Source of the DNA: Octopus vulgaris
Taxonomy: Eukaryota
Reading direction: 5' to 3'
NCBI GenBank assembly: GCA_951406725.2
Contig: OX597824.1
Location: 95,976,001-96,040,000, forward strand
DNA: 64,000 nucleotides
The translations under genes were made by a program, and so were the position numbers. The first letter of the stretch is position 1, and every line of letters begins with the position of its first letter. The notes under the pieces are model-generated. The model did no database searches. It was given only the letters and a program-made list of their open reading frames with translations, and was not told the DNA's origin. Shown piece after piece: positions 40,730-53,450 of the stretch.

Positions 40730-41754
40730 CTGAAGTCATAAAAGATACAACATTAATGATAAAACAGTGATGGTTGCTGAAGAAATATAAAAAAAAAATC
40801 AATGAAGAAGATAATACCTGGTGAGCCAAGCTTATCTTGATAACATTTATGCTGGCAATGAAAGCATATAAAAGGCTGCAGAAATATCGTTTTAAAAATA
40901 ACAGAAAAACCATCAAAAGAACCACAGATAATTCGTGAAAATTGTAAAGATTCTGTGTTGATATTACCATTCTGTATGGTAGCATATAAAATGTGATCCC
41001 ACATTAACAGCTAACAATAGACTCTGACTGAGATATCCAGAATATTTGTAAAGTGCCACAAACGCAACAATGGTACATAACTAATGGTAGGTTGTTCTCA
41101 CCCTACCCATCCACCCTTGATCCGAGAAGGTTACCTTCAGTTTCTGAAAGCACACACTCAGCCAACTAATGTCTCCCATTATTTTTTACGAATATCATTT
41201 ATCGCTCGCTGGTTTCACTCATTGGACTGCAGCCATGCTGGAGCACACACCTTGAATGGTTCAATCAAACAAATCAACTTCAGTATTTTTTTTTGTTGTT
41301 TTGTTTTTTAGTAAGTCTGGCACTTATTTTATCAATCTGCTTTGCTGAACTGCTAAGTTAGAGTGATGTAAAGCAACCAAATGTCAATTGTCAACTGGTG
41401 TGGTGGGACAAGGAACCCAGGAACATTTTTCTGGGTTAGTTGCAGATGCTCAAGTGGACAGAACAGACAAATCATTAGCAGGGCAGGGAATAAATAAAGA
41501 ACCAAATCTGATGGCATAAAAGACAGGTAGGAATATTAGATGCACACTCCCAATTTCAGCAGCACACATTCTTTTATTTGTTTCAGTCATCTGACTGCGG
41601 CCATGCTGGAGCACTGCCTTTAGTCGAGTAAATCAACCCCAGGACTTATTCTTTGTAAGCCTAGTACTTATTCTATCGGTCTATTTTGCCGAACCGCTAA
41701 CTGACGGGGATGTAAACACACCAGCATTGGTTGTCAAGCAATGTTGACGGACAA

Positions 41755-42048
<294 letters not shown>

Positions 42049-42339
42049 GATGGGCTTCTTTCAGTTTCTGTCTACCAAAACCACTCAAGGCTTTGGTCGG
42101 CCCTAACCCAGTACATTCTGTGGAGTGGTTGGCATTAGGAAGAGCATCCAGCTGTAGGGACTGTGCTAGAACAGACAATGTAGGAAGAGCATCCAGCTGT
42201 AGGGACTGTGCTAGAACAGACAATGTGGCCTGGTGGCTTAGCCAGCTCCAGTCAAACTGTCTGACCCAAGCCAGCATGGAAAACAGACGTTAAATGATGA
42301 TGATGATGATCAGCATATGTGTCGGAATAATTAAACAAA

Positions 42340-42545
42340 GATGGGTTGTGGGTAATACAGCAGCAACACTGATCTCTGCATCTGCAACACAATCAGAATC
42401 GGCAGAGGAGCAAAAGGACCATTTCTATAAGAGTTCTCTTACAGATTTACTTTGATGGCAAATGCTAAACAACCTTGATGTTGTGACTGACAATTTTAAC
42501 AGACTTCTCTGTAACAATGACCTAGTTCTCATAGCTGAATATCTC
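42340..42545 (+). mobile_element. Degenerate RTE-like endonuclease fragment
   Basis: ATLISASATQSESAEEQKDHFY...VVTDNFN resembles the TIISAYAPT..EEKD.FY..GDFN motif order. Confidence 0.4.
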
Positions 42546-42814
42546 AAAGAATTAGAGATAAAATTCCAAATATGAAATATTAAACCAAGCAAAGATGACA
42601 TTTTTAACAATTACAGCATGGAAGATACATATCAGTTATTTTGAAAACACAAAAACTGTCGACTTCACTTAAACTTTTATTTTTTGGTGACAAAATTTTC
42701 GTTGTACCAACTGTGACCTAAGCAATGACATGGATCCATATGAATTGCAACTGCATGTCTATAGACCAGGTTGCAGTTGATGGGATAAAAATGTTATCAC
42801 CAAATAATAACTGT

Positions 42815-43039
42815 TTAATCCTTTAGTGCTTAAACTGGCCGTATCTGGCCAAAATATTCCTGTTTTATCTTCAAACTGGTCAGATCTGGTTTTTCATAAC
42901 TACCTTAGAGTGTCATTCTAAAAATAAACAATCACATCATTGAAACTCCAAAGCCATGAACTGATGCTGGGTTAATTTAAAACGGTGTGAAAACATAAGC
43001 TTTACACTTGACAGAATAATCCGAAAGCTAAAGGGTTAA
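42815..43039. mobile_element. piggyBac-type MITE with TTAA target duplication (partial copies 39940-40151, 31940-32098)
   Basis: TTAA|tcctttag...ctaaaggg|TTAA; inserted into an older foldback element. Confidence 0.7.
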
Positions 43040-46000
43040 GTGAAGTTAACAGTTAACATGTGTTTCTGAATAGGGTCCAGGCTATAATCATTTTTAACTC
43101 ATTTCAGTCATTAGTCTCTGGCCATGCTGGGGCACTGCTTTGGAGGACTTTAGTTGAATAAATCAACCACAGTGCCTTTTTTTTTTTGTTAAAGCCTGGT
43201 TACTTATTCTATCAGCCTCTTTTGCCAAACTGCTAAGTTACAGGAACATAACCACACCAACACCAGTTACCAACTGAGGCTGGGTTCAAACAAAATGACA
43301 TCCCACCACATACACACACACACTCACACACAATGAGCTTCTTTCGGTTTCAGTCTGCCAAATCCACTCACAAGGCTTTGGTGAGCTTGAGGCTATAGAA
43401 GAAGGTGCCACGCAGTGGGACTGAACCCAGGACCATGTGGTTGGGAAACAAACCTCTCACCACACAGACACACCTGCACCTTTTACTAATTGTTCTACCT
43501 TCAACGCACAGTATGAAACCAACTTATTTGCCAGGTAAGTAACATCTCTGAAACAACGGTTTCCATTTGCAGTAAAGAAGACACCTGGGAATCATTACGG
43601 TTTGACAGGTAGCAAAAGACTAGGCAGAGACTTTTAGCAATTTGCTGTGCATCAGAAGACACATCAAGCTAAGTGACATCATAGTCATGGCCAGTGCTGG
43701 TGGCATGTAAAAGGCACCCGTGGCAGTGGCACATAAAAAGCACCTGGTACATTCTGTGGAGTGGTTGGCATAAGGAAGGGCATCCAGCCATAGAAACCAA
43801 GCCAAAATCAGACTGGAGCCTGGTGCAGCTCTTCAGCTTACTGGTTCCAGTGTAAGCCATCTAACCCATGCCAGCATGGAAAAGCAGACACGAAGTGATG
43901 ATGATGAGGAGCAATTTCATACAGTGCACCCACTATAAGCTATGGTGTACAGGAGATGTAGAAGAATCACAAGCATGTTGACAGGACTTTGTATTTAGCA
44001 GGTGCACAGTAGTGATTAATAGTAGTAGTAGTAAAGGCGGCGAGTTGGCAGAATCGTTAGCACACTGGGTGAAATGCTTAGTGATATTTCATCTGTCTTT
44101 ATGCTCTGAGTTCAAATTCTGCTGAGGTCAACTTTGTCTTTCATCCTTTCAGGGTCAATAAATTAAGTATCAGTTGCATACTGGAGTCGATATAATCGAC
44201 TGGCCCCTGCCCCAAAAATTTCAAGCCTTGTGCCTATAGTAGAAATAGTAGTAGTAGTAGTAGTGATATGGTAATAGTGATATGGTAATAGTGATGAAGG
44301 TGGTAAGCAGGTAAAATCGTTACTTGGCCAGGGAAAATGCTCAGAGGTATTTTATCTGTATTTACATTCTGAGTTCAAATTTCATCAAGACCGACTTTGC
44401 CATTCATCCTTTTGGGGTCGATGATATAAGTTGAGCAATAGGGGGTTAATGTAATTGACTTACCACCTCCCCCCACCAAACAACTGCTGTCCTTGTGCCA
44501 AAAATTTGAAACCAATATGGTAATAGAAATAGTAATACAGGTGAGGTTTGTAATCTGTCTGTCTGTCCACAGGTGCTATTACTGTTGTAATAGCACCTGT
44601 GGATGGACAGACAGATTACAATTCATTAATTGAATGCAACTGACATAAACACTTTGCTTCTTCTCATCTCCACTGAAAGACACATGCCCACACCTACAAG
44701 CAGAGAGAGGGGGGGTGAAAAATGAGAGAGATATTAAAATATCTGATGTCAAATAAATCATAGGTGACTCAGCAATGCCAAGGGGGCAGGGGCACCAAAA
44801 CATCTCACACCCAATTCTGAGTTACCCTCAATTGTACACAAAATGCTTGCAACAGAATGGACTCCACTAAGGGTCCCCAAGTGCCAGTTGAATAGCATTA
44901 GACAAGACGATAGAGTCAATCCACTATCCCATGGTGGAGGCCCATGGCTTAGTGGTTCGGGATATTCGGCTCATAATCTTAAGGTCGTGAGTTCAATTCC
45001 CAGTGACACATTGTGCCTTTGAGCAAGACACTTTATTTCGTGTTGCTCCAGCTTACCCAGGTGGAAAAAATGAGTAGCACCTGTTTTTCAAAAGGGCCAG
45101 CCCTGTCACATTCCATATCCAGCTGAATCTCCCTGTGAACTATGTTGAGGGTACTGCATGTCTGTGGAGTACTCAGCCACTTGCACATTGATTTTCAGTT
45201 GATCAGAACCACTGGAACCTTCATCATTGCAACCGACAGAGTGTCAGTACCATCCCATACAGTGCAGTCCATCAGACAGGCTTCTGCATAGTTTCCCTAT
45301 CCTAATTTTCACTCCCAAGGCATGGGGGATGATGCAGAACTTTGAGGACATTTCCTCAATGTACTGCAGAGTGGGATCAAATAGAGAAACTTGGTCCTGG
45401 CAGAAATGTTCTGAGTTCAAATTCCGCCGAGGTCGACTTTGCCTTTCATCCTTTCGGGTCGATAAATTAAGTACTAGTTACGCACTGGGGTTGATGTAAT
45501 TGACTTAATCCATTTGTCTGTCCTTGTTTGTCCCTTCTGTGTTTGGCCCCTTGTGGGCAGTAAAGAAATAGGTATTTCATCTGTCTTAACATTGAGTTCA
45601 AATTTGCCTTTCATCCTTTTGGGGTCGATTAAATAAGTACCAGTTACGCACTGGAGTCGATATAATCGACTTAATCCGTTTGTCTTTGTTTGTCCCCTCT
45701 GTGTTTAGCCCCTTGTGGGTAGTAAAGAAATAGGTCTTTTGCAAATCAAATTTCTTAGCAATATGGCCAAGTCTGTGTTAGACATTAGATTATTAATCAA
45801 CTTAATTATTTAATTATTATTATTTAATTATTTAAGATTATGAGTTGTAACCACAACAAAGTTAAAAAAACCTTAATAAGTAGTTAAAAATATTAATATG
45901 CTCACAGACACACTCGTTAAATACAAACATTTCAGTATGCAAATATATCTATTTAATTACTGGGAACTTGTTTTAACTCATAATTAATCTAGAATCTTAA

Positions 46001-46384
46001 TATGGACACACATAGCTGTCCATATTACACTGGCATTCTTGTGCTAAATGTAGGCGTGAGAACAGAAATGAAACCTACAAAATACAAAATAAGTTATAAT
46101 GTTTATAGACCAAGGATATTATGTAAGCACTATCGATCATCATCATCATCATCATCATTTAATGACCACTTTTCCATGCTCAGATGGGTCAGCCAAATTT
46201 TCTATGGTCAGATGCCCTTCCTGTTGCCAATCCTCACCTGTTTCCAAGAATGATGATATTTCCCCATGGCCAGATATGCTTTCCATGGAAAACTTGAAAC
46301 AAACAGCACTGCTTGTATGACAGTGGTGCTCATTTACAACCATAACATACAAACACATACACACACATTCATATATATATATAT

Positions 46385-46610
46385 ATATAGAATAAAATAC
46401 AAAATGGGACAAGAACGCAAAACATCCGGACAACTAAGTTATACAAAAAGGGACAACAAAACATCCGGACAGATGATACAAAAAAAAACACAGAAGCCTT
46501 TTATCTTCAGTCAAGATAAAAGGCTTCGAATGACCCGTGTTTTTTTTGTATCACCTAGTTGTCCAGATGTTTTGCGTTCTTGTCCCAGTTTGTATTTTAT
46601 TTTATCTATA
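46385..46610. repeat. Foldback element in (TA)n
   Basis: aataaaatacaaaatgggacaagaacgcaaaacatccggacaacta... / ...tagttgtccagatgttttgcgttcttgtcccagtttgtattttatt, with an inner 15-bp perfect stem. Confidence 0.8.
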
Positions 46611-46633
46611 GCGGCATACGTACACTTTATTCT

Positions 46634-46679
<46 letters not shown>

Positions 46680-46745
46680 AGCATGGAAAATAGACATTAA
46701 ATGATGATGATGATGATATAGGAAGTTAATTATATGTCTGGTCAC

Positions 46746-46807
46746 AGAGTGACCAGAGGTTTCAGATCCATAAAGCACTTAGCCTTATAGACAGCTCATC
46801 AGATTCC
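46746..46807 (-). ncRNA. Mirror-image hammerhead motif on the other arm of the same hairpin
   Basis: Minus strand ggaat CTGATGA gctgtctataaggc taagt gctttatggatct GAAA cctctgGTC actct; one mismatch in stem I. Confidence 0.65.
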
Positions 46808-46814
46808 AGTGGCT

Positions 46815-46876
46815 GGAGTCTGATGAGTCGTCTATAAGGCTAAATGCTTTATGGATGTGAAACCTCTGGTCACTCT
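46815..46876 (+). ncRNA. Minimal type-I hammerhead ribozyme motif
   Basis: Stem I ggagt/actct; CTGATGA at 46820-46826; stem II of about 13 bp (gtcgtctataaggc-taaat-gctttatggatgt); GAAA at 46859-46862; short stem III; GTC cleavage triplet at 46869-46871. Confidence 0.75.
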
Positions 46877-47516
46877 ATGTCCGGACATATATTTAACTTC
46901 TTACAAATATATTGCTACTCTAACATAGAGTATGCTTCTTTTTTGGATAAATGATCTACTGACCACACACACACACACACGTAGCTGTCCATATTACACT
47001 GGCATTCTTTGTAAGCGGCAATGTTTCTTAATGCTTCTTTCGTGCTTCCCATCCTCTAATCAATCGATCAATCAATCACCATTAACGCAGCCTTGTTCTT
47101 TTAGATGCAGTCACTCCACCCAAATGGCTTTCTCATTCATTGTCACACACCAACTTGCAGACAGCAATGGAGAATATCGATAATACACTTGAAATAAACA
47201 GATCATAAAATCTATTTTCTGGTTCTCTTCCAGCTACAGGTAAGACGAGATGGTCATGGTGGGAAGATTTTCGATCAAAGGTCAGCTCGTTATCATTATT
47301 GTTTTAACAGCCACTTGTCCATGCTTGCACAAGTCAGAGAGAGTTTTTTTGAGACAGATTTTCTACAGCTGGATGCCCTTCCTGTTGCCAACCCTCACCT
47401 GTTTCCAAGCAAGGTAATGGTTCCTCGTGGCCAGACATGTTTTCACAGAAGATTGCAAATGAATGACAGGGACAATCATCATTCATATACAATTATGGTA
47501 CTCTGTCAAGACAAGG

Positions 47517-47553
<37 letters not shown>

Positions 47554-47729
47554 TAATCACACACACACATGTATACTTTGCAACATGCTTCTTTCAGTTT
47601 CCATCTAGCAAATCCACTCACAAGGCTTGAGTTTACCCAGGGGTATATTGGAAGGCACTTGGTCAGAGTGTCATACAGTGGGACTGAACTTGAAACCATG
47701 GGGTTTGGAAGGAAACAGCTTAACCACAC

Positions 47730-47922
47730 AGCCAACCCTGCACCTCATACCCAACCCTGCACCTCATACCCAACCCTGCACCTCATACCCAACCCTGGAC
47801 CTCACACCTGACCCTGATCCTCACACCCGACCCTGCACCCCACACCTGACCCTGTTCCTCAGTCAACTTTGCACCTCACAGCCGACCTTACCCTCACACC
47901 CGACCCTGCATCTCACACTCAA
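47730..47922 (+). repeat. 19-bp minisatellite (acccaaccctgcacctcat) grown from a SINE end
   Basis: About 10 progressively diverging units adjacent to the head of a minus-strand family B SINE. Confidence 0.8.
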
Positions 47923-49395
47923 TCCTGGAATATATTTCTCGTTAGGGTCTGACTTTGTGGTATTCAACAAGAATCATTGTGGCCTTCCCTACGCCTAATC
48001 CAACTGAACTGACCAAGGTCTTGTTACTGTGGGTTTTGTTATTGTTGTTGATGTCACTTAGCCCCAAGCAACCTTATCATTAACACTCTTAGTAGCATAA
48101 TTCAGTTAAAATGTGTGTGTGTGTGTGTGTGTGTGTGTGAAGGTGCATGGCTTAGTGGTTTAGGGTGTTGCCCTCACAATTGTGAGATCATGGGTTCAAT
48201 TCCCAGAGCAGGAGTTGCATTGCGTTCTTGAGCAAGCACTTCATTTCACATTGCTCTGCGATCATTTCGTCACCTGATTTGTGGCACCCAGTTGCACCTG
48301 TACAGGTAATATCAATTTGATGGAAAGAGAGTGAGCTTATCTCAACACAAACATTTGATCCCTAGAAATAAATCCTCTGTGTGGTTGTTCAGTAAGAAAT
48401 TGTGAAATCCTAAAGCGGCGAGGAGCTGGCAGAAACGTTAGCACCCTGGGCGAAATGCCTAGTGGTATTTTGTGTGCCGTTACGTTCTGAATTCACATTC
48501 CACCAAGGTTGACTTAGCCTTTCATCCTTTCGGGGTCAATAAATTAAGTAACAGTTATGCAATGGAGTCGATCTAATTGACTTAAACCCTTTGTCTGTCC
48601 TTGTTTGTGCCCTCTATGTTTAGCCCCTTGTGAGCAATAAAGAAAGAAGAAATTGTGAAATCCTCATACATCATCTAATGATGGGAAAGTCCATTATATA
48701 TATATATATACGACAAGCTTCTTTCAGTTTCCGTCTACCAAATCCACTCACAAGACTTTGATCATCCTTAGGCTATAGTAGAAGACGCTTGCCCAAAGTG
48801 CCACGCAGTGAGACTGAACTTGCAACCATATGGTTGGGCAGCAGGCTTCTTACCACACAGCCATGCCTCTGCCTTGTTATAATGCCTTATTTATTTTTGT
48901 TATTACCCTTCAAAGCTACAATACACTTTTCAACTTCTTGTTTCGTATGTTGGTTTCAAATTTTGGCACAAGGCCTGCAATTTCAAGGGTGAGGACAAGC
49001 TGATTACATCGACCCCTGTACTCAACTGATACTTGTTTTATCGACCCTGAAAAGATGAAAGACAGAGTCGACCTTGGCAGAATTTGAACTCAGAACCCAA
49101 GGCCAGGCAAAATGCTGCTAAACATTTTGCCTGGTGTGCTAACAATTCTGCCAGCTTGCCCACTTTTTTCATCCCTTATATTAAAAAGTTTATTTATCCC
49201 TCATAAGTGGAATCTGGTGGCCCAGGGGATGGTGGTGGTGGGAGTCTACAACAATTGAAGCACCCAGATAATCAGGACAGCTGGTATCAGCTATTTTCCA
49301 CTGGCCACAAGTGTCCCAGGGAATTATCCCAGCTGCTCTGGGATGTGTGCAGAAGGCACAGCAATAACTTCTTTGCTTATCACTTATTATTGTTG

Positions 49396-49722
49396 TTGGT
49401 GGTGGTGGTGGTCGTGGTGGTAATGGTGATAGTAGTGGAGGTGGTCATGGCGGTGGTGGTCATGGCAGTGGTGGTAATAGTGATGGTAGTGGAGGTGGTG
49501 GTTGTCATGGTGATGGTAGATTATAGTGGTGGTGGTGGTCATGGTGGTAATAGTGATGGTGGTAATGGTGATGGTAAGGTGATGATGGTGGTGGTGATGG
49601 TAGTGGTAGTAATGGTGGTGGTGGTGATGGTGGTGGTGGTAGTGCTGTTATTGGTGGTGATGGTAATGTTGATGGTGGTGAAAGTGTTATGTATATTAAG
49701 TCCACCACCACCACCACCACCA
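49396..49722. repeat. Degenerate (GGT)n trinucleotide tract
   Basis: Direct reading; explains the poly-V/M and poly-T/P ORFs. Confidence 0.9.
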
Positions 49723-50591
49723 TCGTCATGCCAAAACTTCATAGATTATTGTAAGTATCCAGTTTTCTACTACAAGAAGTTCTAAAAATATTCTTCTCAC
49801 CACCACCACCACTGAAACATCTTCTCACTCCCATTTCCTGCACCCCACCTGCCGCACATGACCCCGCCCCCACCATCACATCAAAACCTACCTTCCACCA
49901 CATCTCACCATCTCTCTTGTTCTACTACTTACACCCCGTTAATCTTCAACAGGAAGTGAATAACAATAATAATAATAACAACAATAATAATAATAATAAT
50001 GTTGATTGCTTAATAAATCTCTCCCTACTCAACACAGTCCTGTCACGCCCCCCCCCCCATCCGGCACTAGGGGTCTGACTTCTGACACAATACACACTCC
50101 ATCCCCGCTAACAAACCTGGCACCACTCCACAATAATTAAGCCCATGGATGCACTAAATAACCAAGAGTGGCCGAGTATCCCCAGCAGCACAGGAGTAAG
50201 ACTTACCACCAGCCACGCCGAAGGGACAGAAGCTTCTATGTGGTGGCATGCCTTACTAGAAACAACAGCTAATTTTCCAACATTATTCTCATCAATTCAA
50301 TGTCCGTTTTTACCATGTTTACATGGAATAGCCAGAATTTGTTGGGGCAGATTACCGATGGCTGGATGCCTTTCCTGCTGCAAACCCTCACCTGTCTCCA
50401 AGTAAGATGACAATTTCCCCCATGACCACACTTGCTTTTACGGAAAATTGGAAAAGAAGGACACTGCTTGCGTGGAAGTGACACTTGTTTACAACTTTCA
50501 TTTGAGGCCAAGACAAGGAAACAGTAACAAACACAAACACAGATGCACACACACACACACATGCACACACATGCACATACACACAGGCACA

Positions 50592-50755
50592 CACTAGCAT
50601 AGCTAGTGGGGTGGTTGGGGGTAGTCCACCTGGGGCGGCACTTTTAAAGGGGCAGCACTTCTGGATCATCTGTAGGCAGTGTGCTTTTTTGTGGGGTCTG
50701 GGGGCAGCAAACAGAAGGGCTACCCTGGGTAGCACACACACTAGCTACACTAGTG
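50592..50755. mobile_element. hAT-type MITE
   Basis: 15-bp imperfect TIRs cactagcatagctag / ctagctacactagtg, and 8-bp flanks caggcaca / catgcaca. Confidence 0.65.
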
Positions 50756-52492
50756 CATGCACAGACACAAACATGCACACACATTCACACATTCACACAC
50801 ATTCACACACCAGACTTCTTTCAGTTTCTGTCTACCAAATTCACTCACAAGGCGTTGATTGGCCCAAGGCTATAGTAGAAGATATTTGTCCAGGGTTCCA
50901 CACAGTGGGATTGAACCTGAAACCATGTGGTTAGAAGCAAACTTCTTACCCCACACCATGCTTACCATGAATATATTAATTCGAATAAATAAATAAATAA
51001 AAAGCACAGGATCTTCACAGCTGGAATATCTTCAATCATACTCAATTAGGGCTAGCCCAGGGTTATAAAACAGCAACAAAAACAGTGAGCTAAGGGCAGC
51101 TATTGGTGCCACTAGACCCAGAAGTTGTGGTCCACTTTAGAACCAATGACAGAGGCAGGTTTAATTACTTATCTGCTTCCTCTCCTCAACGAGTAGACTT
51201 CTCAATAGTTAAAAGAACAACACTTCCTCTTTCTGGCAAAAATGGAAAAAAAAAAAAAAAAGGGCTGTACTTAAAGATTAACAAAGACTCAAGAACACTT
51301 ATAAAAACCACCCACCTTTTCTGTTGCTCAATTCCTATTCTCTCTGATATTCACTTTGTATCATCAGTGCTCTCTCTTTCTCCCCCTCTCTCTCTCCAGC
51401 TAAGGAGAGCATGTATTCTTCCTGTTCAGCAAGACACAAGCTTTTGTCTCCATATCATACATTCATATCCTTCTATACTGTCAGACCCATGCAAGCATGG
51501 AAAAGCAGACATTAGATGATGATAGTGATGATGAAGATGATGATGATGACTATAGGGAGGTGATTTGAGGGCAATTCGCAAGATCAGATGACCTTGCTCA
51601 AAGGTGACTTTTGTTAGCTTGTTTACTTGCCTGTAATAATTGCTCTTTAGGACCCTGATTAAAACCAGGTACTGAATCGAACTCATCTCTCCTTTTTCGC
51701 ATATCTAGATGTCTATCATATATATGATGTCTCCTTCCTATTTTAAAATAGAAGGTTGACTGAGCTGATAGAATTTGGCTGCTATATCTTGCAAATTGAT
51801 TGACCAGCTCACAACAAACACTTCAGCATGTTCTCTCTCTCTGTGTCCTCTCTTCTCTCTCTCCTATATTTAGAGAGCATAATTTATTAATTCTTTAATT
51901 AACGAGCCTGGTTCTTTGTTTCGAGCGAGTAAATTACAAATGTTATATTTCCAGAGTGAGACGCAGAACCACAATAAAAGAGATGGTCTCCTCCAATAAG
52001 CAGTTCCAATTCATGCTCTGCGGCTTTTGTTTGTGCAATCGGAGATTGGAGAGAGTAGCAGGAAATCATTGAAGCACTTCATTACACATACATATATTTA
52101 CAATGTCACGCTCGAGTAGGCAGAGGCTGTGTGAATATCATCGATTCAGAGCTCCCCATACTAAGTTTACATAAGATTCAGCATGAGTGAATGAGTGGCC
52201 ATGATGACTAAAACAAGCTGAACGACAAGCACGATGGTTTCGAAGCCAGCCATCAGCCAGGATCCCTCCCAGGGGCCAGTGACTTCTGTGCTGTGCTGCG
52301 TGCATACAATCAGCCAGGTTCTTGGTTTTGGTTCATTTTCTGTGGAATGACGACATCAAAGAATAAACAGCAAAACAAGAGCCTGCTTCATTGTATCCAT
52401 GCAGCTCGTTAACAAATATTCATTAGTGACACAGGTAATATTAATACCGACAGGTGATATTTATCCTTAATTAAATGTGGATGTTCTAATAA

Positions 52493-52808
52493 AGGACTGG
52501 CCAAGCTGCAGCCCGCAGACTTTTATCTTGTAGCCCACTTGATACTTTATTGAAATTATTGTTTATTTAAACAAGGATTTTAAATATTTCATCAAAAATT
52601 AAAGATTGTAATGAAAAGTAAAAAAAAAAATATATTCTACTGTTTTTGCAATGATAATATTTGATGTTGAATCAATGATCGTTCATTCATTATTGTAATA
52701 ATAGGATGAGAAAGCAAAAAGGCTTTCAATTTTGTCAGTATACAAGCGGCCCTTAAAAAACTTTGAGATTAAAGTGGCCCCACAATGTAATTCGAGTTGG
52801 CATGTCCA
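52493..52808. mobile_element. Decayed hAT-like MITE
   Basis: Ends ctggccaagctgcagcccg... / ...gcggccc...gtggccc...gagttggcatgtccag resemble Charlie-type non-autonomous elements. Confidence 0.4.
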
Positions 52809-53324
52809 GCCACAGGGGAAGACTTACCTAACTTCGGAACAAGTGAGGGTAAGCAACAGGAAGGGCACCCAGCCGTAGACAATCTGCCTCAACAAATACC
52901 ATCCAACCCATACAAGCATGGAAAAGTGGACATTAGGATAATGATGAGACACATCAACAGTCTTTTCTCTTGCACACAAGATCCGATTCCTCTTATACTC
53001 AGATTTTTGCTGTTGTTGTTGCAGTTGTTGTTTTATCTGAATAACTAGTTAATACGATAAGATAAAAGGTATGAATCACTCTTGACAACGCATTTTAAAT
53101 TAATCAGTGAATAAGTCAGGTGATTACGTTTCTTCACTAACGTATGTTTTCATGCCTGCTTCTCTCTCTCTGCTAAGAATTTTGCAGTCGCTGGTTGAAT
53201 TTAGAAATGGTAATTCCCTTGTAGTAAATATATTAACCAACAACTGATTATGTTACCAATTTAGAGAAACATCCAGCACTCAGTAAGCAATGGAAAAGAA
53301 ACAATAATAATAATAATAATAATA

Positions 53325-53450
53325 GCACTGCTCGGAACCACTCGAATACTCCGGAAGGTGCTCGAAAAATAAGGGGTGTTACCTTAGTTCACTGGTAGTG
53401 AACAGCTGACACCGTAGTACATCTCCAGCGTTAGAAGATGTGCAAAGGCA
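53325..53450 (+). mobile_element. Short R4/Dong-like 3' end inserted in a (TAA)n run
   Basis: ALLGTTRILRKVLEK* is the typical R4-clade C-terminus, followed by a short 3'UTR and flanked by (TAA)n/(TGA)n on both sides. Confidence 0.7.

Larger units (their letters stand above)
46720..46902. repeat. Foldback element (~88-bp arms) with two hammerhead motifs
   Basis: gaagttaattatatgtctgg...tcagattccag / ctggagtctga...ccggacatatatttaacttc. Confidence 0.9.

Noticed and set aside
40818-40876. AG/GT-bounded segment just upstream of the VPS39 exon as another VPS39 exon
   Set aside because: No frame resembles VPS39, and the donor is weak.
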